From an uncultured Ectothiorhodospiraceae bacterium (GTDB lineage: Bacteria > Pseudomonadota > Gammaproteobacteria > GCA-002705445 > GCA-002716945), in NCBI GenBank assembly GCA_964342155.1, contig CAYFEQ010000001.1:64761-101999 (forward strand): a DNA stretch of 37,239 nt. The letters are read 5' to 3'. The position numbers were made by a program, and so were the translations under genes. The notes beneath the pieces were generated by a model. That model made no database searches, had not been told where the DNA came from, and saw only the letters and a program-made list of their open reading frames with translations. Position 1 is the first letter of the stretch. Every line of letters starts with the position of its first letter. Of the stretch, positions 26,388 through 37,239 are shown one piece after another.

Positions 26388-27531
26388 AAATATAAAGAAA
26401 GTATTGCTAATTAGTGAAAGCCGTGGCATAGACAATATTTTTGTTATTTGTATTAGTATATTGTCAGTTATTGGTCTAATAATGGTTGCTTCGTCGACTT
26501 TAGACTATTCTATGCAGACATATAAAAATGCATTTCATCTCACTATTAGACATTCTCTGTATCTTACACTTGGTCTATTCGTGACTTTTTTACTAGCGAG
26601 AGTAAAATTAAGTTTTTATGATGATTATAGTAAAGCTATCCTTTTATTGGCCTTTATTGTTTCCCTTCTTGTTTTTATACCTGGCTTGGGTAAGACAATT
26701 AAGGGAGCAACACGATGGATTGATTTAGGTATATTTACAGTACAAGCAGCTGAGGTCTCGAGATTATTTATACTTATCTGGGTATCAAGCTATATAGTCA
26801 GAAAAGATACTGAAAAATCATTCAATAAACCTTTGATTTTTGTAGTTATTTTATCAACCATAATCTTATTTCAAAATGATTTTGGCAGCGCAGTTGTTTT
26901 AGTTTCAAGCTTTCTAGCATTATCTTTTATTTCTGGAATTAGTTTGAAGAAATTTATTACTTGGTTATCTATTTTTATTCTTACAGCTATAACAGTTGCT
27001 TTTTTAACCCCATATAGGTTGAAGAGACTACTTAGCTTCATGGATCCATGGGAAGATCCTACTGGCGCCGGATTCCAACTAATAGCTTCAGAATTAGCAT
27101 TTAGCAAAGGAGGTTTCTTTGGGCTTGGATTAGGTTCCAGTGTACAAAAACTTTTTTACTTACCTGAATCATACAATGACTTTATTTTTGCAATAATTGC
27201 TGAAGAATTAGGATTACTCTTTATATTCTTTGTTATTATTATTTTTATTTTACTTATTTCCCGTATATTTATATTGGCAAGACAATCTGAGAATAATGAA
27301 ATGTTTTTTGCATCATATTTAGCTTACTCAATAGGGTTTTTAATTTTGATTCAAACACTTATACACATGTCAGTCAATGTTGGTCTTGTACCAACTAAAG
27401 GAATGGGATTGCCATTTATTAGTTTTGGGGGCACCAATATATTAGTAATGTTTATTTGTGTTGGTATTTTAATTAGAATACAAATAGAGAATCGTAAAAA
27501 AATCAGCCAAGCGGTACAAAGGAGCTATTAA
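26377..27531 (+). CDS. ftsW: SEDS peptidoglycan polymerase FtsW
   Basis: GLIMVAS, GATRWI, QNDFG, DPW.D..G.GFQL, YLPESYNDFIF, PTKG and PFISFGG motifs. Confidence 0.93.
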   Translation: MLSENIKKVLLISESRGIDNIFVICISILSVIGLIMVASSTLDYSMQTYKNAFHLTIRHSLYLTLGLFVTFLLARVKLSFYDDYSKAILLLAFIVSLLVFIPGLGKTIKGATRWIDLGIFTVQAAEVSRLFILIWVSSYIVRKDTEKSFNKPLIFVVILSTIILFQNDFGSAVVLVSSFLALSFISGISLKKFITWLSIFILTAITVAFLTPYRLKRLLSFMDPWEDPTGAGFQLIASELAFSKGGFFGLGLGSSVQKLFYLPESYNDFIFAIIAEELGLLFIFFVIIIFILLISRIFILARQSENNEMFFASYLAYSIGFLILIQTLIHMSVNVGLVPTKGMGLPFISFGGTNILVMFICVGILIRIQIENRKKISQAVQRSY

Positions 27532-28613
27532 TGACCGAAAAGTTTATTTCTATACTTGCTAGTGGGACAGGGGGGCATGTCTATCCTGCATATACAATAG
27601 CAAATGAATTAGTTAAAAAAGGATATAAGATTATTTGGATAGGGACAAAGGAAGGAATTGAAAATTCAGTTGTTAAGAATGACTCAATAGTAATTAGACA
27701 TATTGATTCTGCTGGAATACGTGGAAAATCTTTTTTTAAAAAAATTACTGGTTTTTTTCTCTTATTCAAATCTATGTTTCAAGTATATTTCATCATAAAA
27801 AAATATAAGCCAGTTCTGGTTATAGGATTTGGTGGATATGTTAGTGTTTCAGGATCAATTATTTCTTATTTTTTTAAGACTCCCTTAATAGTGCATGAAC
27901 AAAACTCTATTGCAGGTTCAGCAAATAAAATTAATTATTTCTTTTCTAAACTTGTTTTTGAAACTTTCCCAAATAGTTTTAGCAAAGTTGAGAAAAAAAT
28001 TATTCATACAGGTAATCCAGTCCGAGAGATATTTTCGTCCTTAGAAAAACCAGAAGAAAAATATATATCTCATAATCCTTATCTAAATATTCTAATAATG
28101 GGTGGCAGTCAGGGGTCATCTTTTTTTAATGAATGTTTGCCATTTGCATTTTCATATTTTGATAATCAAAATATTTCAATCAAACATTTATCCGGCAAAG
28201 ACAATAAAGATATAGTAAAAGAAAGATATAAAAAATATAATATTAAAGCAGAAGTTATAGAATATGCTAATGATGTGGATACTTTGTATAATTGGTCAAG
28301 TTTAATTATTTGTAGAGCTGGATCTACAACTATTTCAGAAATTTCAAAAATTGGTAGAGCAGTGATTTCAGTGCCATTCCCATATGCAACTGATAACCAT
28401 CAGTTTTATAATGCAAATTATTTAGCTAATCAATCTGCATGCATATTAATCGAACAGACTGACACTTTTGTAGAAGATTTTGTAAATACAATAAATATTT
28501 TACTTAATAACCAAAAGAGAATGTATACACTATCAAAAAATATTCAAGAAATTTTTCCAAAAGATACAATTAAAACAATTATCGATAGATCTACTCAAAT
28601 CATCAATGAATAA
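27531..28613 (+). CDS. murG: Undecaprenyl-PP-MurNAc-pentapeptide GlcNAc transferase
   Basis: GTGGHVYP, GFGGYVS, HEQN, TGNPVR, GGSQG, RAGSTT and HQ..NA motifs. Confidence 0.95.
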   Translation: MTEKFISILASGTGGHVYPAYTIANELVKKGYKIIWIGTKEGIENSVVKNDSIVIRHIDSAGIRGKSFFKKITGFFLLFKSMFQVYFIIKKYKPVLVIGFGGYVSVSGSIISYFFKTPLIVHEQNSIAGSANKINYFFSKLVFETFPNSFSKVEKKIIHTGNPVREIFSSLEKPEEKYISHNPYLNILIMGGSQGSSFFNECLPFAFSYFDNQNISIKHLSGKDNKDIVKERYKKYNIKAEVIEYANDVDTLYNWSSLIICRAGSTTISEISKIGRAVISVPFPYATDNHQFYNANYLANQSACILIEQTDTFVEDFVNTINILLNNQKRMYTLSKNIQEIFPKDTIKTIIDRSTQIINE

Positions 28614-29985
28614 TTCCTTTGATCAAATTAAAAATCTAAAGAAAATACATTTTATTGGAATTGGTGGTTCAGGAATGTATGGAATCGCTGAAGTATTACT
28701 TAACTTAGGGTGCTCTGTTTCTGGATCTGATTTAATTCAAAGTACTATAACAAAAAGACTAAAGTCTTTAGGAGTTAAAATCTACAATACGCACTCAGAA
28801 TCAAATCTTAAAAAAGTTGACTTAGTTGTTTTTTCAAACGCTATAAAGAAAAATAATCCAGAATTAAGATTTGCAGAGAAAAATAAAATCACAATAATTC
28901 CAAGAGCAAAAATGTTGGCAGAATTGATGAGATTTAAGTATGGGATTACAGTTGCGGGATCTCATGGAAAAAGCACAACGACTAGTTTGATTAGTTGGAT
29001 TCTAGCAGAGAGCAAACTTGATCCAACATACATAGTTGGCGGTAAATTAAAAAGCAGCAATAATCATGGCAGACTTGGGCATGGAAAATATCTTATAGCA
29101 GAAGCAGATGAGAGCGATTCAAGTTTTCTTTATTTGTCTCCAGAACTTGGAGTTATAACAAATATTGATAATGAACATCTTGATAATTATGATAATAATT
29201 TCAATAACCTTCAAAAAGCATATTTAACTTATATCAATAATATACCGTTTTATGGACGAATATTTATAAATGGTGATGATAAAAATATTAAGCCAATTAT
29301 AAAGAAAACAAATCGATCTAAAGTTACTTTTGGTTTTAATGATAAAAATGATTTTTATGCAAAAGACATTATTTATAATAAAAATGGAATGAGCTTTTTA
29401 ATTCTTAATAATGGATCGACATATAGAATAAAAACGAAACTTTTTGGGAAGCATAATATATTAAATATTCTTGCATCTTTTTCAATAGCATTATATTTAA
29501 AGATTCCATCAAAAAAGATTATAAAAGCAATTAAAGGGTTTGAGGGTATATCGAGAAGATTTGATATATATCACAATTTCAAATCTAAATTTGATGAGTT
29601 TACTTTAATAAATGATTATGGCCATCATCCTACTGAAATAAATTATACAGTAGAAACAATAAGAGAAATTTGGAAAAATAAAAAGATCTGTATGATTTTT
29701 CAACCTCATAGATACAGTAGAACACAAAATTGTCTTAGTCAGTTTATAGAAGTTCTATCTAGGGTGGATAAACTTATACTTACTGGGACATACTCTGGTG
29801 GCGAAAGAAAAACAAAGTTTTCATCATATTATTTGTATAATCAATTGAAAGAAAATAATATAAATTGTGAATATGTTAAAGATATTGATAAAATTCCTAA
29901 TAAACTCAAAAATACATTTGGAAATGATTATATAGTATTAGTACAAGGTGCTGGTAATATTTCTCAAGTAATAAAACTATTATAA
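28606..29985 (+). CDS. murC: UDP-MurNAc--L-alanine ligase
   Basis: HFIGIGGSGM, GSHGKSTTT, EADESD, NDYGHHPTEI, FQPHRYSRT and QGAG motifs. Confidence 0.96.
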   Translation: MNNSFDQIKNLKKIHFIGIGGSGMYGIAEVLLNLGCSVSGSDLIQSTITKRLKSLGVKIYNTHSESNLKKVDLVVFSNAIKKNNPELRFAEKNKITIIPRAKMLAELMRFKYGITVAGSHGKSTTTSLISWILAESKLDPTYIVGGKLKSSNNHGRLGHGKYLIAEADESDSSFLYLSPELGVITNIDNEHLDNYDNNFNNLQKAYLTYINNIPFYGRIFINGDDKNIKPIIKKTNRSKVTFGFNDKNDFYAKDIIYNKNGMSFLILNNGSTYRIKTKLFGKHNILNILASFSIALYLKIPSKKIIKAIKGFEGISRRFDIYHNFKSKFDEFTLINDYGHHPTEINYTVETIREIWKNKKICMIFQPHRYSRTQNCLSQFIEVLSRVDKLILTGTYSGGERKTKFSSYYLYNQLKENNINCEYVKDIDKIPNKLKNTFGNDYIVLVQGAGNISQVIKLL

Positions 29986-29986
29986 T

Positions 29987-30850
29987 ATGGAAATTCTTCA
30001 CAAGGATAAATTATCAAATCATACTACTATTCGATTAGGAGGAATAGCAAAGAAGATTTGTTTTCCAAAAAACACTGATGAATTACAAAAAGTACTACTC
30101 TCAATGACAACGAATAAATTCATTATAATAGGAAATGGTTCTAATATTGCATTTAGGGATGGGGGATATGACGGCATGGTAATAAGTCTAAAAAAATTTA
30201 ATAGAGATTTAATTTCAATAAGTGATAAAAAAGTTACTGTTGGTGCCGGAGTATCATGTTCTAAATTTGCTAAATTTCTTCATAAGAATAAAATCTCTGG
30301 TTTTGAATTCTTACATGGGATACCCGGTACAATTGGAGGCGCTATGGCAATGAATGCAGGCGCATTTCAAACATCAATCTGGGATAAAATTTTAAAATAT
30401 AAGGTGATCAACAATGATGGGAATATTAAAACTTTTTCACGAAAACAAATATCAACTTTTTATAGAAAAGTACATATAAATAGGAAATTATATTTTGTAG
30501 AAGCAGAATTAGTAATTGATTCAAGTACTAGATTTCAAAAGAAGTTAATTTTAGAATATGCTATCAAGAGAAAAACATCGCAGCCGGTTAATCAATTATC
30601 ATCTGGATGCATATTTAAAAACCCCAATTCTAAGTATTCAGCAAGTTATCTGATTGAAAAATCTGGGCTTAAAGCAACCAGAATAGGTGGTATTTATGTA
30701 TCAAAAAAACACTCTAACTATTTTATCAATGATGGCAGAGGTACTTGTAATGATTTGGAAAAACTAATAACTTTTGTAAAAAATAGAATTAAAAAGGAAC
30801 ATAATGTGAACCTTGATTGTGAGATTCATATATTTGGAAATAAAAATTAG
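29987..30850 (+). CDS. murB: UDP-N-acetylenolpyruvoylglucosamine reductase
   Basis: GNGSN, GIPGTIGGA..MNAGA, GCIFKNP and KHSNYFIN motifs. Confidence 0.93.
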   Translation: MEILHKDKLSNHTTIRLGGIAKKICFPKNTDELQKVLLSMTTNKFIIIGNGSNIAFRDGGYDGMVISLKKFNRDLISISDKKVTVGAGVSCSKFAKFLHKNKISGFEFLHGIPGTIGGAMAMNAGAFQTSIWDKILKYKVINNDGNIKTFSRKQISTFYRKVHINRKLYFVEAELVIDSSTRFQKKLILEYAIKRKTSQPVNQLSSGCIFKNPNSKYSASYLIEKSGLKATRIGGIYVSKKHSNYFINDGRGTCNDLEKLITFVKNRIKKEHNVNLDCEIHIFGNKN

Positions 30851-30857
30851 TAGAAAA

Positions 30858-31772
30858 ATGAATACTTACAAACAAATATCTATAGCAATACTATGCGGAG
30901 GATGGTCTAAGGAAAGAGAGATTTCTCTTTTGAGCGGAACTACAACATATAATTGTCTAAAAGACAATGGATACAACGTGTTATTTTTAGACATGAAAGA
31001 GAACGATAAAAAAGTTTTATCTAATTTCATAGAAAAAAATTCTATCGAATTGGTTTTTAATCTTATTCATGGGACTGGCGGTGAAGATGGCTTGATTCAA
31101 TCCTATTTAGACGAATTAGAAGTACAATATGTGGGATCAAATTCAAAATCATCTAGGGAATCTTTTGACAAGATTATAACAAAAAAACTGTGGCGTAAAA
31201 ATGGATTGCAGACACCAGACTATCAAATCTTAGGAAAAGAGACAGATTATGAAGATATAATTAATAAACTAGGTAACAATTTTATTGTTAAACCTATAAA
31301 GTCAGGATCCAGCGTTGATATTGAAATCATAAAATCACAATCACAATATAATAATTACATTGAAAGCAAAAAGAATTTGAATGATTATTTTGGAGAAACG
31401 CTGGTTCAAGGGGATGAGTATACTGCACCTGTCATATCAGAAGAGATTTTTCCTATAATACAAATTGAAACTAAAAGAGAGTTTTATGATTATCATGCAA
31501 AATATATTGATGAAAATACAACCTTCACATTTCCAAGTTTTGAAAAGGAATTTTTAGAATATATACATTCTATTGTAAAAGAAGCATTCTGTGTAATTGG
31601 ATGCACTGGCTGGGGCAGAGTTGATTTTTTTATTAATAACAATAAAGAAATTGAGCTCATAGAAATAAATTCTATACCAGGTATGACAAACCACAGCTTA
31701 GTACCAATGTCAGCAGAAAAAAACGATTTAGATTTCATTAAACTTTTAGAAAAAATTCTATTTAATTCATGA
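30858..31772 (+). CDS. ddl: D-alanine--D-alanine ligase
   Basis: GG.S.EREISL, HG..GEDG, VKP..SGSS, FYDY.AKY and EIN.IPGMT..SL.P motifs; the ATG at 30858 is preferred. Confidence 0.94.
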   Translation: MNTYKQISIAILCGGWSKEREISLLSGTTTYNCLKDNGYNVLFLDMKENDKKVLSNFIEKNSIELVFNLIHGTGGEDGLIQSYLDELEVQYVGSNSKSSRESFDKIITKKLWRKNGLQTPDYQILGKETDYEDIINKLGNNFIVKPIKSGSSVDIEIIKSQSQYNNYIESKKNLNDYFGETLVQGDEYTAPVISEEIFPIIQIETKREFYDYHAKYIDENTTFTFPSFEKEFLEYIHSIVKEAFCVIGCTGWGRVDFFINNNKEIELIEINSIPGMTNHSLVPMSAEKNDLDFIKLLEKILFNS

Positions 31773-32434
31773 GGCTTATTTATAAAGTTTTAACATTTTT
31801 CTTAACTGTTGGTTTTGTCTATTTAATTTTTAATTATAGTCAACTAATTAAGTCTTACCCAATTAAAACTATTAGTTTCAAAGGAGAGTTTATTTATGCT
31901 GATGAGAAAGGAATTCGGAAACAATTACAATATTTTATTGGTAAGGATTTAATAAAAATAGATATTTTAAAAATTAAAGAATCTATCAAAAAGAATGACT
32001 GGGTAAACAATGTCCTTGTAGAACGTAGATTTCCTGATACTTTATTTATTGAAATATTTGAATTTCAACCAGCCATTCTTTGGAATAATGAATATTATAT
32101 TGATGACAAAGGCATAAAATTTAAAGTAGAAAAGAATATCGCTTTAAATTTACCTGAAATTAAAAGTGATACTCTGAATTACTTAGTAATGTATGATCTA
32201 TACATGATCTTATCTAACATGCTGAAAAGAGTTGATTTAAGCATATTATCTATATCTCATAAAAATGATATGCTGGATATTCATACAAATAAGTATAATT
32301 TTTTGGTTAGATATTCTGAATATTCACAAAAAATAGATGAATTTATACACGTTTTCGAACAATTTCAAAATAAAAACAAGAAAAACATCAAGACCATTGA
32401 TCTTAGATATCCAACTGGTTTTGCTGTTCATTAA
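31769..32434 (+). CDS. ftsQ: Cell division protein FtsQ
   Basis: N-terminal TM helix, POTRA-like WV..V.VERRFPDTL and C-terminal IDLRY..GFAV. Confidence 0.9.
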   Translation: MRLIYKVLTFFLTVGFVYLIFNYSQLIKSYPIKTISFKGEFIYADEKGIRKQLQYFIGKDLIKIDILKIKESIKKNDWVNNVLVERRFPDTLFIEIFEFQPAILWNNEYYIDDKGIKFKVEKNIALNLPEIKSDTLNYLVMYDLYMILSNMLKRVDLSILSISHKNDMLDIHTNKYNFLVRYSEYSQKIDEFIHVFEQFQNKNKKNIKTIDLRYPTGFAVH

Positions 32435-32460
32435 ATAAGTTATAATGATAAAATAAGATA

Positions 32461-33714
32461 ATGATGAATAATCTCGATAAGAGTGAAGCCATTGTAGCTT
32501 TGGATGTTGGAACAACAAAAATCCTTTGTCTTGTTGCTGACTATAACGATGAGGGTAATCTCAGAATTGTAGGAATTGGCGATGAACCCTGTGATGGGCT
32601 AGAAAGAGGTGTTATCTCAGAGATACAGTCTACGGTATCAAGTATAAAAAGATCTGTTAATAAAGCCAGAAGTATCTCTTCTCACAAGATTGAATCCGTA
32701 ACAACTGGTATAGCTGGAAGTCATATACAATGCTTTAATGGTAATGCAGAAATAAATATTACAAATGATGAAGTTACCGAAGAAGATAAAATAAAGGTTG
32801 TAGAAAATGCTAGAGATATACAAATCCCCAATGATCAAGAAGTACTTCATGTTATTCCTCAGTATTATTCGATTGATGGGCAGATTGGAATAAGAGAGCC
32901 AATAGCAATGGCAGGTGCAAGACTGGGGGTCAATGTACATATAATAACTTCTTCTACTACAGCAAAAAAAAATCTAACTAAATGTATAGAGAACAGTTTG
33001 TTGGATGTTGATCATTTTGTTCTAGAACCAGTAGCCTCAAGCTATTCTGTGTTATCTGAAGAAGAACGTTCCTTGGGTGTTTGTTTAGTTGATATTGGAG
33101 GTGGAACAACTGACGTTGCAATTTTCACAGATGGAACTATTAAACATACATCTGTTATACAGATTGCCGGTCAAATGATAACTAACGATATTAAAATTGG
33201 TTTGCGCACATCAACTGAAGCAGCGGAAGAAATAAAAATACAACATGGATCTCTCATGAATAATCCTGATGACAGTGAAAAAATGATAACAGTACCTTCT
33301 GTTTCGGATAAACCAGATAATGAAGTTAGCCTAACTAATTTAAGTCATATTATAGGATGCAGGATTGATGAAATTTTTGAAAAAATACAGATTGAAATCG
33401 AAAACAGTGGTCATTCAAGCAAAATAAGATCAGGAATTGTTTTTACTGGTGGTGGAGCAAGACTATCTGGTCTTGATGATTATGCTGAAGCAAAATTTTC
33501 ATGCCCAGCTAGGATAGGTGCCCCCGCTAATATTCCAGGAATTGGTAATGTGAGTGGGAAAGCTAGGTATTCAACTGCCGTTGGACTCCTACTCTACAGA
33601 GAAGAAAAATTGAAAGATATGCCTCACAGGAGTACTTTGGAAGATAATCCTATATTAGCCTTCATTAATAGTTTTTGGACTAAATTATCTGCATATTTTC
33701 ATAAAGAACTTTAA
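32461..33714 (+). CDS. ftsA: Cell division protein FtsA
   Basis: LDVGTTK, VDIGGGTTD, AEEIK..HG, VFTGGG, YSTAVGL and an amphipathic C-terminal helix. Confidence 0.96.
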   Translation: MMNNLDKSEAIVALDVGTTKILCLVADYNDEGNLRIVGIGDEPCDGLERGVISEIQSTVSSIKRSVNKARSISSHKIESVTTGIAGSHIQCFNGNAEINITNDEVTEEDKIKVVENARDIQIPNDQEVLHVIPQYYSIDGQIGIREPIAMAGARLGVNVHIITSSTTAKKNLTKCIENSLLDVDHFVLEPVASSYSVLSEEERSLGVCLVDIGGGTTDVAIFTDGTIKHTSVIQIAGQMITNDIKIGLRTSTEAAEEIKIQHGSLMNNPDDSEKMITVPSVSDKPDNEVSLTNLSHIIGCRIDEIFEKIQIEIENSGHSSKIRSGIVFTGGGARLSGLDDYAEAKFSCPARIGAPANIPGIGNVSGKARYSTAVGLLLYREEKLKDMPHRSTLEDNPILAFINSFWTKLSAYFHKEL

Positions 33715-33819
33715 TGTATGAATTTTGTCATAATATAGGGGCATATTACTTATAAATTGGGGGTTTTTCCTTAACAAATATAGCGAAAAACCATATACTT
33801 TATTAACTGCTATAAAACT

Positions 33820-34746
33820 ATGATCAAACAACGTACACTTTCGAATAAAATAAAGGCAACAGGTGTGGGCCTACATACTGGTCAGAAGATTAATCTTACT
33901 CTCAATCCTGCTCCAGTTAATACTGGTATAAGGTTTAGAAGAATTGATGTAGATTTAGTTAATACAGATAACAATTCAGTCAAGGCGTCATTAAAAAATG
34001 TTCATGATACAAGATTATCAACAACCCTCTCTAATAAAGTGATCCAAATCTCTACTGTTGAACACTTATTATCAGCAATGGCTGGTTTAGGAATAGATAA
34101 CGCCCTAGTTGAATTAGATGGACCAGAAGTACCTATTATGGATGGTAGCTCTAGACCTTTTGTGTTTATGATTCAATCAGCAGGAATACAAGAACAGAAT
34201 TCACCAAAAAAATTTATAAAAATTAAAAAAACTGTGGAGGTTAAGCAAGATGAAAAGTGGGCTAGAATTGAGCCATTTGAAGGATTTAAAGTGGCATTTA
34301 CAATTGATTTTAATCATCCAACTTTCACAAAAACTTCTCAATCAGCTGAAATAGATTTTTCTACCGTTTCTTATCTAAGCCAAGTAAGTAGAGCTAGAAC
34401 ATTCGGTTTTGCTAAAGACATTGAGATTTTGAGAAAAAACAATCTTGCTCTTGGTGGTAGTGTTAATAATGCTGTTGTTATTGATGACTATAAAGTTATT
34501 AATGAAGAAGGATTAAGGTTTGATGATGAGTTTGTGAAACATAAAATTTTAGATGCAATTGGCGATCTTTATCTCTTAGGTCATGGATTAATAGGTTCTT
34601 TTTCGGCATATAAATCAGGTCACCATCTTAATAATCTATTATTACGTGAATTAATTAATAATGAAGAGGCTTGGGAAGAGTTTATTATAGAGAATGAAGC
34701 TGATGCACCAATTTTCTATACGAAACCAATAGAAATAAAGCCTTAA
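33820..34746 (+). CDS. lpxC: UDP-3-O-acyl-GlcNAc deacetylase
   Basis: [43 protein letters not shown] and KSGH motifs. Confidence 0.97.
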   Translation: MIKQRTLSNKIKATGVGLHTGQKINLTLNPAPVNTGIRFRRIDVDLVNTDNNSVKASLKNVHDTRLSTTLSNKVIQISTVEHLLSAMAGLGIDNALVELDGPEVPIMDGSSRPFVFMIQSAGIQEQNSPKKFIKIKKTVEVKQDEKWARIEPFEGFKVAFTIDFNHPTFTKTSQSAEIDFSTVSYLSQVSRARTFGFAKDIEILRKNNLALGGSVNNAVVIDDYKVINEEGLRFDDEFVKHKILDAIGDLYLLGHGLIGSFSAYKSGHHLNNLLLRELINNEEAWEEFIIENEADAPIFYTKPIEIKP

Positions 34747-35012
34747 TTATCAATAATAATTTTAATATCTACTATATTAAGAAAATTGTTTTTTCTGAAT
34801 ATGTCTAAATATTTATTTCTTTCAAATTTGAGGTTAGTAGCCACGGAACTATTTTTACAGCCTATCACGACTATGTCGGCCTTTATATTAATTACTTCTA
34901 TTTGGCCAGCAATATTTTTTGGAAAATTGCTGCTTATAAATTGATTTAAATTCTTTATCAATACGCTTTTATTAAGAATATTGTCAGGCAGAAAAGATGA
35001 AATTTTTTTCAT
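34743..35012 (-). CDS. dciA: DciA/DUF721-family protein (helicase-operating protein)
   Basis: Small antisense ORF between lpxC and secA, the usual DUF721 site; [14 protein letters not shown] resembles the family core. Confidence 0.6.
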   Translation of the reverse strand: MKKISSFLPDNILNKSVLIKNLNQFISSNFPKNIAGQIEVINIKADIVVIGCKNSSVATNLKFERNKYLDIFRKNNFLNIVDIKIIIDN

Positions 35013-35089
35013 AAAAACTTAAAATTATTATATCATGATAAGCCATTAGGCAATCTATATGTTAATATATGTTTTACGCTGATATTTAA

Positions 35090-37239
35090 ATGATACCACA
35101 AATAGTTAAAAGTTTATTTGGTTCTAGAAATAGTCGTTTACTCAAGAAATACCGTCCTTTAGTAGGTAAGATAAATGATTTAGAAGAAAAGTACAGCGCT
35201 TTCAAAGATGAAAACTTTCCCACTGAAATGGAAAGGCTTAAAAACTCTTATCTCAATTCAAATAATTTAGATGATCTGCTGCCTGATGCTTTTGCATTGA
35301 TACGTGAGGCAGCTAAACGTTCCTTGGGTATGAGGCATTTTGATGAACAATTAATAGGCGGAATTGTACTCCATGAAGGGAAAATTGCTGAAATGAAAAC
35401 TGGAGAGGGTAAAACGCTGGTTGCCACGTTACCTGCTTTTTTAAATGCACTTACAAGTAAGCCAGTATTTATTGTAACAGTGAATGATTACCTTGCTCAA
35501 CGTGACTCTATATGGATGGGAAAAATCTTTAATTTTGTTGGATTATCTGTTGGTACTATCACGAGTAGTTCAGAACCTGAAGAAAAAAAAGAAATGTATT
35601 CGAGAGATATTGTTTATGGGACAAATAATGAATTCGGGTTTGATTATTTAAGAGACAACATGGTTTATCATATTAGTCAAAAGGTACAAAGCGAACTAGC
35701 ATATGCAATTATTGATGAAGTTGATTCAGTTTTGATTGATGAAGCAAGAACACCATTAGTAATTTCTGGTTCGGCTGCAGAAAGCAGCATGCTCTACCAA
35801 CAAATCAACAAAATAACTAATTTATTAATAACAAACAAAGATAGTGATAAATTATATAAGATTGATGAAAAACAGAAGAGTGCATCATTAACTGAAGATG
35901 GCCATAGCGAAATAGAAAAACTTTTATTATCAAATAATCTGATCACTAATACCTCTAGTTTATATGATCCAAAAAATATTTCTTTATTACACTATATTGA
36001 CTCTTCTCTCAAAGCAAATTTAATTTATAAAAAAGACATTGATTATGTAGTTGAAGATAATCAAGTTATAATCATCGATGAGTTCTCTGGAAGAAAGATG
36101 CCTGGGAGAAGATGGTCTGAAGGCTTACATCAATCAGTTGAAGCAAAAGAAAATGTAAAAATTCAAAATGAAAATCAGACTTATGCCTCCATTACATTTC
36201 AAAATTATTTTAGACTGTTTAAAAAAATTTCAGGTATGACTGGTACTGCAGATACTGAAGCAGTAGAATTTCAACAAATATATAATTTAGAGGTAGTTGT
36301 AGTCCCAACTAATAAGAAGATGATTAGAAAGGATGAAGTAGACTTAGTATTTATTTCTGCCAAAGAAAAATATAAAGCAATTATCAATGAAATAATAGAA
36401 AAAAATAAAACTGGACAACCTATTCTTGTTGGTACAACTTCAATTGAATCATCTGAATATTTATCTAAGACCTTAAAAACAAAAAAATTACAACATTCGG
36501 TGCTGAATGCAAAATATCATCAAAAGGAAGCTGAGATTATAGCTCAAGCTGGCAAATTAAATACAATTACTATAGCTACAAACATGGCTGGTAGAGGGAC
36601 AGACATTGTTCTAGGTGGTAATTACCTTTTTAATACAGATAATTTAAACCCAGAAGAAATTTCAAAATTAAAACAAGACTGGGAAAAGAACAGTGAAAAA
36701 GTAAAAAAACTGGGAGGCCTATATATAATAGGCACTGAGAGACATGAATCCAGAAGAGTGGATAATCAGTTAAGAGGTAGGTCTGGACGCCAAGGAGACC
36801 AAGGTAAGTCTAGATTTTATCTTTCATTAGAAGATAATCTAATGAGAATCTTTGCTTCAGAAAAAGTTAGCGAAATAATGAAAAAACTTGGTATGCAAGA
36901 AGGAGAATCAATAGAACATAAGTGGGTTGCAAAATCTATTGAAAATGCACAAAAAAGAGTAGAGGCCTATAATTTTGATATAAGAAAAACACTGTTGGAA
37001 TATGATGATATTGCAAATGAGCAAAGGAAAGTAATTTATAATCAAAGGAATGATGTTTTGACAGTTCCTGATACTTATTCTCTATTGCAGAACATAATAG
37101 GCTTTGAGTCTGAAGATATAATTAGTAGATACTTCCCAGAAGACTTACCTGTTGCGCAATGGAAACCAGAAGAATTAGATACCTATTTAAATGAAGAGTT
37201 TTTAATTAACACAGATTCTAAAAGAGTACTGGATGCTTC
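35090..37239 (+). CDS. secA: Preprotein translocase ATPase SecA, truncated by the window end
   Basis: Not in the ORF track. Read from the ATG at 35090: MIPQIVKSLFGSRN..., then EMKTGEGKTL, VTVNDYLA, FDYLRDNM, DEVDS.LIDEARTPL, NMAGRGTDI and HESRRVDNQLRGRSGRQGD. Confidence 0.96.
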   Translation, partial: MIPQIVKSLFGSRNSRLLKKYRPLVGKINDLEEKYSAFKDENFPTEMERLKNSYLNSNNLDDLLPDAFALIREAAKRSLGMRHFDEQLIGGIVLHEGKIAEMKTGEGKTLVATLPAFLNALTSKPVFIVTVNDYLAQRDSIWMGKIFNFVGLSVGTITSSSEPEEKKEMYSRDIVYGTNNEFGFDYLRDNMVYHISQKVQSELAYAIIDEVDSVLIDEARTPLVISGSAAESSMLYQQINKITNLLITNKDSDKLYKIDEKQKSASLTEDGHSEIEKLLLSNNLITNTSSLYDPKNISLLHYIDSSLKANLIYKKDIDYVVEDNQVIIIDEFSGRKMPGRRWSEGLHQSVEAKENVKIQNENQTYASITFQNYFRLFKKISGMTGTADTEAVEFQQIYNLEVVVVPTNKKMIRKDEVDLVFISAKEKYKAIINEIIEKNKTGQPILVGTTSIESSEYLSKTLKTKKLQHSVLNAKYHQKEAEIIAQAGKLNTITIATNMAGRGTDIVLGGNYLFNTDNLNPEEISKLKQDWEKNSEKVKKLGGLYIIGTERHESRRVDNQLRGRSGRQGDQGKSRFYLSLEDNLMRIFASEKVSEIMKKLGMQEGESIEHKWVAKSIENAQKRVEAYNFDIRKTLLEYDDIANEQRKVIYNQRNDVLTVPDTYSLLQNIIGFESEDIISRYFPEDLPVAQWKPEELDTYLNEEFLINTDSKRVLDA

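Noticed and set aside
35059-35089. Tiny upstream ORFs before secA (MFYADI-stop abutting the ATG; MLIYVLR-stop) as a SecM-like leader
   Set aside because: Too short, with no signal peptide, SD or arrest motif; expected by chance in AT-rich DNA.
1-37239. CRISPR arrays, tRNAs, IS elements, integrases or prophage genes
   Set aside because: None seen; the window is almost fully covered by identifiable genes and the spacers are too short.

Overview
AT-rich, very compact bacterial chromosome segment, most likely from a streamlined gammaproteobacterium (FtsZ tail IPAFLRQQAD, murC-murB-ddl-ftsQ-ftsA-lpxC-dciA-secA order). Bases 1-13.5 kb hold an 'archaeal-like' tetrahydromethanopterin (H4MPT)/methylofuran C1-transfer cluster: mptG, mtdB, orfY, mch, orf5, orf7, fae, orf17, orf1, orf9, pabB, orf22/mfnB, orf19, orf20, dmrB/afpA. 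Next come mobA, dusA, a SAM methyltransferase and a compact RNase P RNA. From 16.4 kb to the end is a dcw (division/cell wall) cluster followed by secA. The 5' end of this dcw cluster is rewired in four ways. (i) A stand-alone 65-aa J-domain (HPD) gene is inserted between mraZ and rsmH. (ii) ftsZ sits between ftsL and ftsI rather than after ftsA. (iii) ftsI continues in the ftsZ reading frame after a single TAG and has no ATG/GTG/TTG before its transmembrane helix. (iv) A strong intrinsic terminator hairpin is encoded inside the ftsI transmembrane codons. No CRISPR array, tRNA, rRNA or mobile element was seen. All calls come from motif recognition and gene context; no database search was run.
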